Source of the DNA: a virus
Lineage: Duplodnaviria > Caudoviricetes
Reading direction: 5' to 3' (one strand)
Length of the DNA stretch: 28,455 bases
IMG/VR virus record: IMGVR_UViG_3300016478_000116
Coordinates: 1 to 28,455 of that record
The position numbers and the translations under genes were made by a program. The notes beneath the pieces are model-generated. The model ran no database searches. It worked only from the letters and a program-made list of their open reading frames with translations, and had not been told where the DNA came from. Shown here in pieces: positions 27,167 through 28,455 of the stretch; the first letter of the stretch is position 1, and each line of letters opens with the position of its first letter.

Positions 27167-27260
27167 AGGCGGGCGCGGTGGCTTCGGCCTGACAAAAAAC
27201 AGGGGGCGGGGCTGCCGCGTTTTTTCTTCTGTTTTTTCTTCAATTTGTCCGCCTTTTTTG

Positions 27261-27289
27261 TTGACTTACTCCGGGGGCGGGCCTACTAT
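27261..27289 (+). promoter_or_regulatory. Strong sigma70-type promoter, divergent from the late genes
   Basis: TTGACT-17 nt-TACTAT, with upstream T tracts (UP element-like). Confidence 0.8.
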
Positions 27290-27295
27290 TCATCT

Positions 27296-27960
27296 CAAGC
27301 CGGACAGCTCCACCGCCCGGCCTAGGGGATGGCCTAGCCACCCCCGCCAGCGCCCCGCGCTGGCCGTTCTTTAACACTGCCAGCCCATGCCCCGCACCTA
27401 TGCGGCATGGATTGACGCCAGCCCCGGCGACGGGGTGACGCGCCCCCCTTTGCCCCGCCACTGGCGGGCGATGCTCCGGCACTGGCCTAGCATCGCCCGG
27501 CCTAGTGGATGACGGGGCAAGGGTAAAACAGTAGACGGCCTGACGGCCTGAGCTGGGGGCAAATCAGGCGCAACCATGTCCCGGCGGCAAAGTGTAACCA
27601 GCTTGTCACCCTACGGGGATGACGGGCGGAGCTTTGCCTGCTGAATAGGGCGGCCATGGTCTAGGCTAGAGCCTGTATTTATGGTTTTAAGTATCGCCAT
27701 ATATACCGCCGACGTTCTTTTATAATCCGCCGCTTTGCCCCGTGATCCGCGCCCCCAGTGCGCCCCGCCGTTGCCCCTTGTCCGCTATTCGTCGCCAGTG
27801 CCGACGATAGCAAGCCAGACAAGCGCAACGGCCAGCACTGGCCGGCCTTATCAAGCAAAGCAAGGAAACGAAACAGGCGCCCCAACAACGGGGCGCCCTA
27901 TTGCCCCCAGTGGCTTAGACAATGCGCCCCGCATACCGGGGCGCATTGCATAACCCACTA
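27296..27960 (+). ncRNA. Candidate structured non-coding RNA or long 5' leader
   Basis: Downstream of the promoter with no credible ORF; at least 8 hairpins, including GNRA and UNCG loops and two long interrupted stems. Confidence 0.55.
27365..27376 (+). promoter_or_regulatory. boxA-like antitermination element
   Basis: CGTTCTTTAACA fits the boxA consensus GYTCTTTAACA and directly follows a hairpin at 27346-27364. Confidence 0.6.
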
Positions 27961-27986
27961 GAAAACAGAAAAAAGGAAATCACACC

Positions 27987-28455
27987 ATGTCCAAAAAAGC
28001 CCCCGTTATCACCATTCGTGGCCAGATCATTACCGCCCAACAAATCAACGGCATCGCCGGCAAACTGGCCAGCCAATCCGAAAGTATCACCGTATGGGCG
28101 AACTACTGCGCATTGCACGCCGTCCAGCACCATAACACCGCCCCGCTGGCCGCCATGCTGCAAAATCCGGCATTCAAGCTGGCCAGCGGCAAGCCGTCCA
28201 AGCTGGGGGGCGAAGTGCTGGCATATATCAAAGCCCATGCCCCGCAAATTGGCATTGACGCCGAAAGCGGCGCCCCGAAAGTGGCCAAAATGGGCGAACA
28301 AAACCCGCAGCGCGGCCAGTTCCAAAATCCCGCCGAGCGCGACGAAAATGGAAAGGCCGCCATTGTTGCCCCCGGTGACTTTGCCCTGACGTTTGACCAG
28401 TGGCGCAATCTGGAAAAGGTCGCAAAAGAGCCGACCGAGCCGAAAGTTAAGGCCG
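27987..28455 (+). CDS. Hypothetical (probably early) phage protein, truncated by the window edge
   Basis: Not in the ORF track. AAGGA RBS then ATG 27987: MSKKAPVITIRGQIITAQQINGIAGKLASQSESITVWANYCALHAVQHHNTAPL...DFALTFDQWRNLEKVAKEPTEPKVKA, open to the end. Confidence 0.85.
   Translation, partial: MSKKAPVITIRGQIITAQQINGIAGKLASQSESITVWANYCALHAVQHHNTAPLAAMLQNPAFKLASGKPSKLGGEVLAYIKAHAPQIGIDAESGAPKVAKMGEQNPQRGQFQNPAERDENGKAAIVAPGDFALTFDQWRNLEKVAKEPTEPKVKA

Noticed and set aside
27000-27520. Repeats as a CRISPR array or tRNA genes
   Set aside because: Repeats are short and lack regular spacers; no cloverleaf or T-loop consensus seen.
27153-27961. Short track ORFs in the right non-coding region, and a 41-codon ORF at 27387
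   Set aside because: No RBS, Pro/Arg/Gly-rich translations and mutually overlapping frames; small peptides cannot be fully excluded.
27915-28425. Track ORFs 27922+, 27915-, 28103- and 28228-
   Set aside because: Alternative frames of the real RBS-supported ORF starting at 27987.

Overview
The window is the complete packaging, head and tail morphogenesis module of a GC-rich, long-tailed (siphovirus-type) phage or prophage. The host is probably a Gram-negative proteobacterium (inference only). Nearly all genes lie on the minus strand. Reading right to left they are: HU/IHF-like protein, putative TerS, a small ORF, GpA-type TerL, an antisense lipoprotein, portal, S49 protease with nested scaffold, decoration protein, major capsid, neck proteins, tail tube, frameshifting tail chaperones, an 1835-aa tape measure, lambda-like M/L/K/I tip proteins, an 1874-aa FN3-rich J-like protein and a truncated tail fibre-like gene. 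The right-hand 1.1 kb non-coding region is the most interesting part. It holds a lambda-cosN-like 12-mer flanked by G-rich repeats, and a strong divergent sigma70 promoter driving about 670 nt with no credible ORF. That stretch is densely base-paired, has two boxA-like elements and precedes an unannotated early-type gene. A 12-bp palindrome (CYRTAWWTAYRG) recurs in intergenic gaps across the module. All calls come from reading motifs and gene order by eye; no searches were run.
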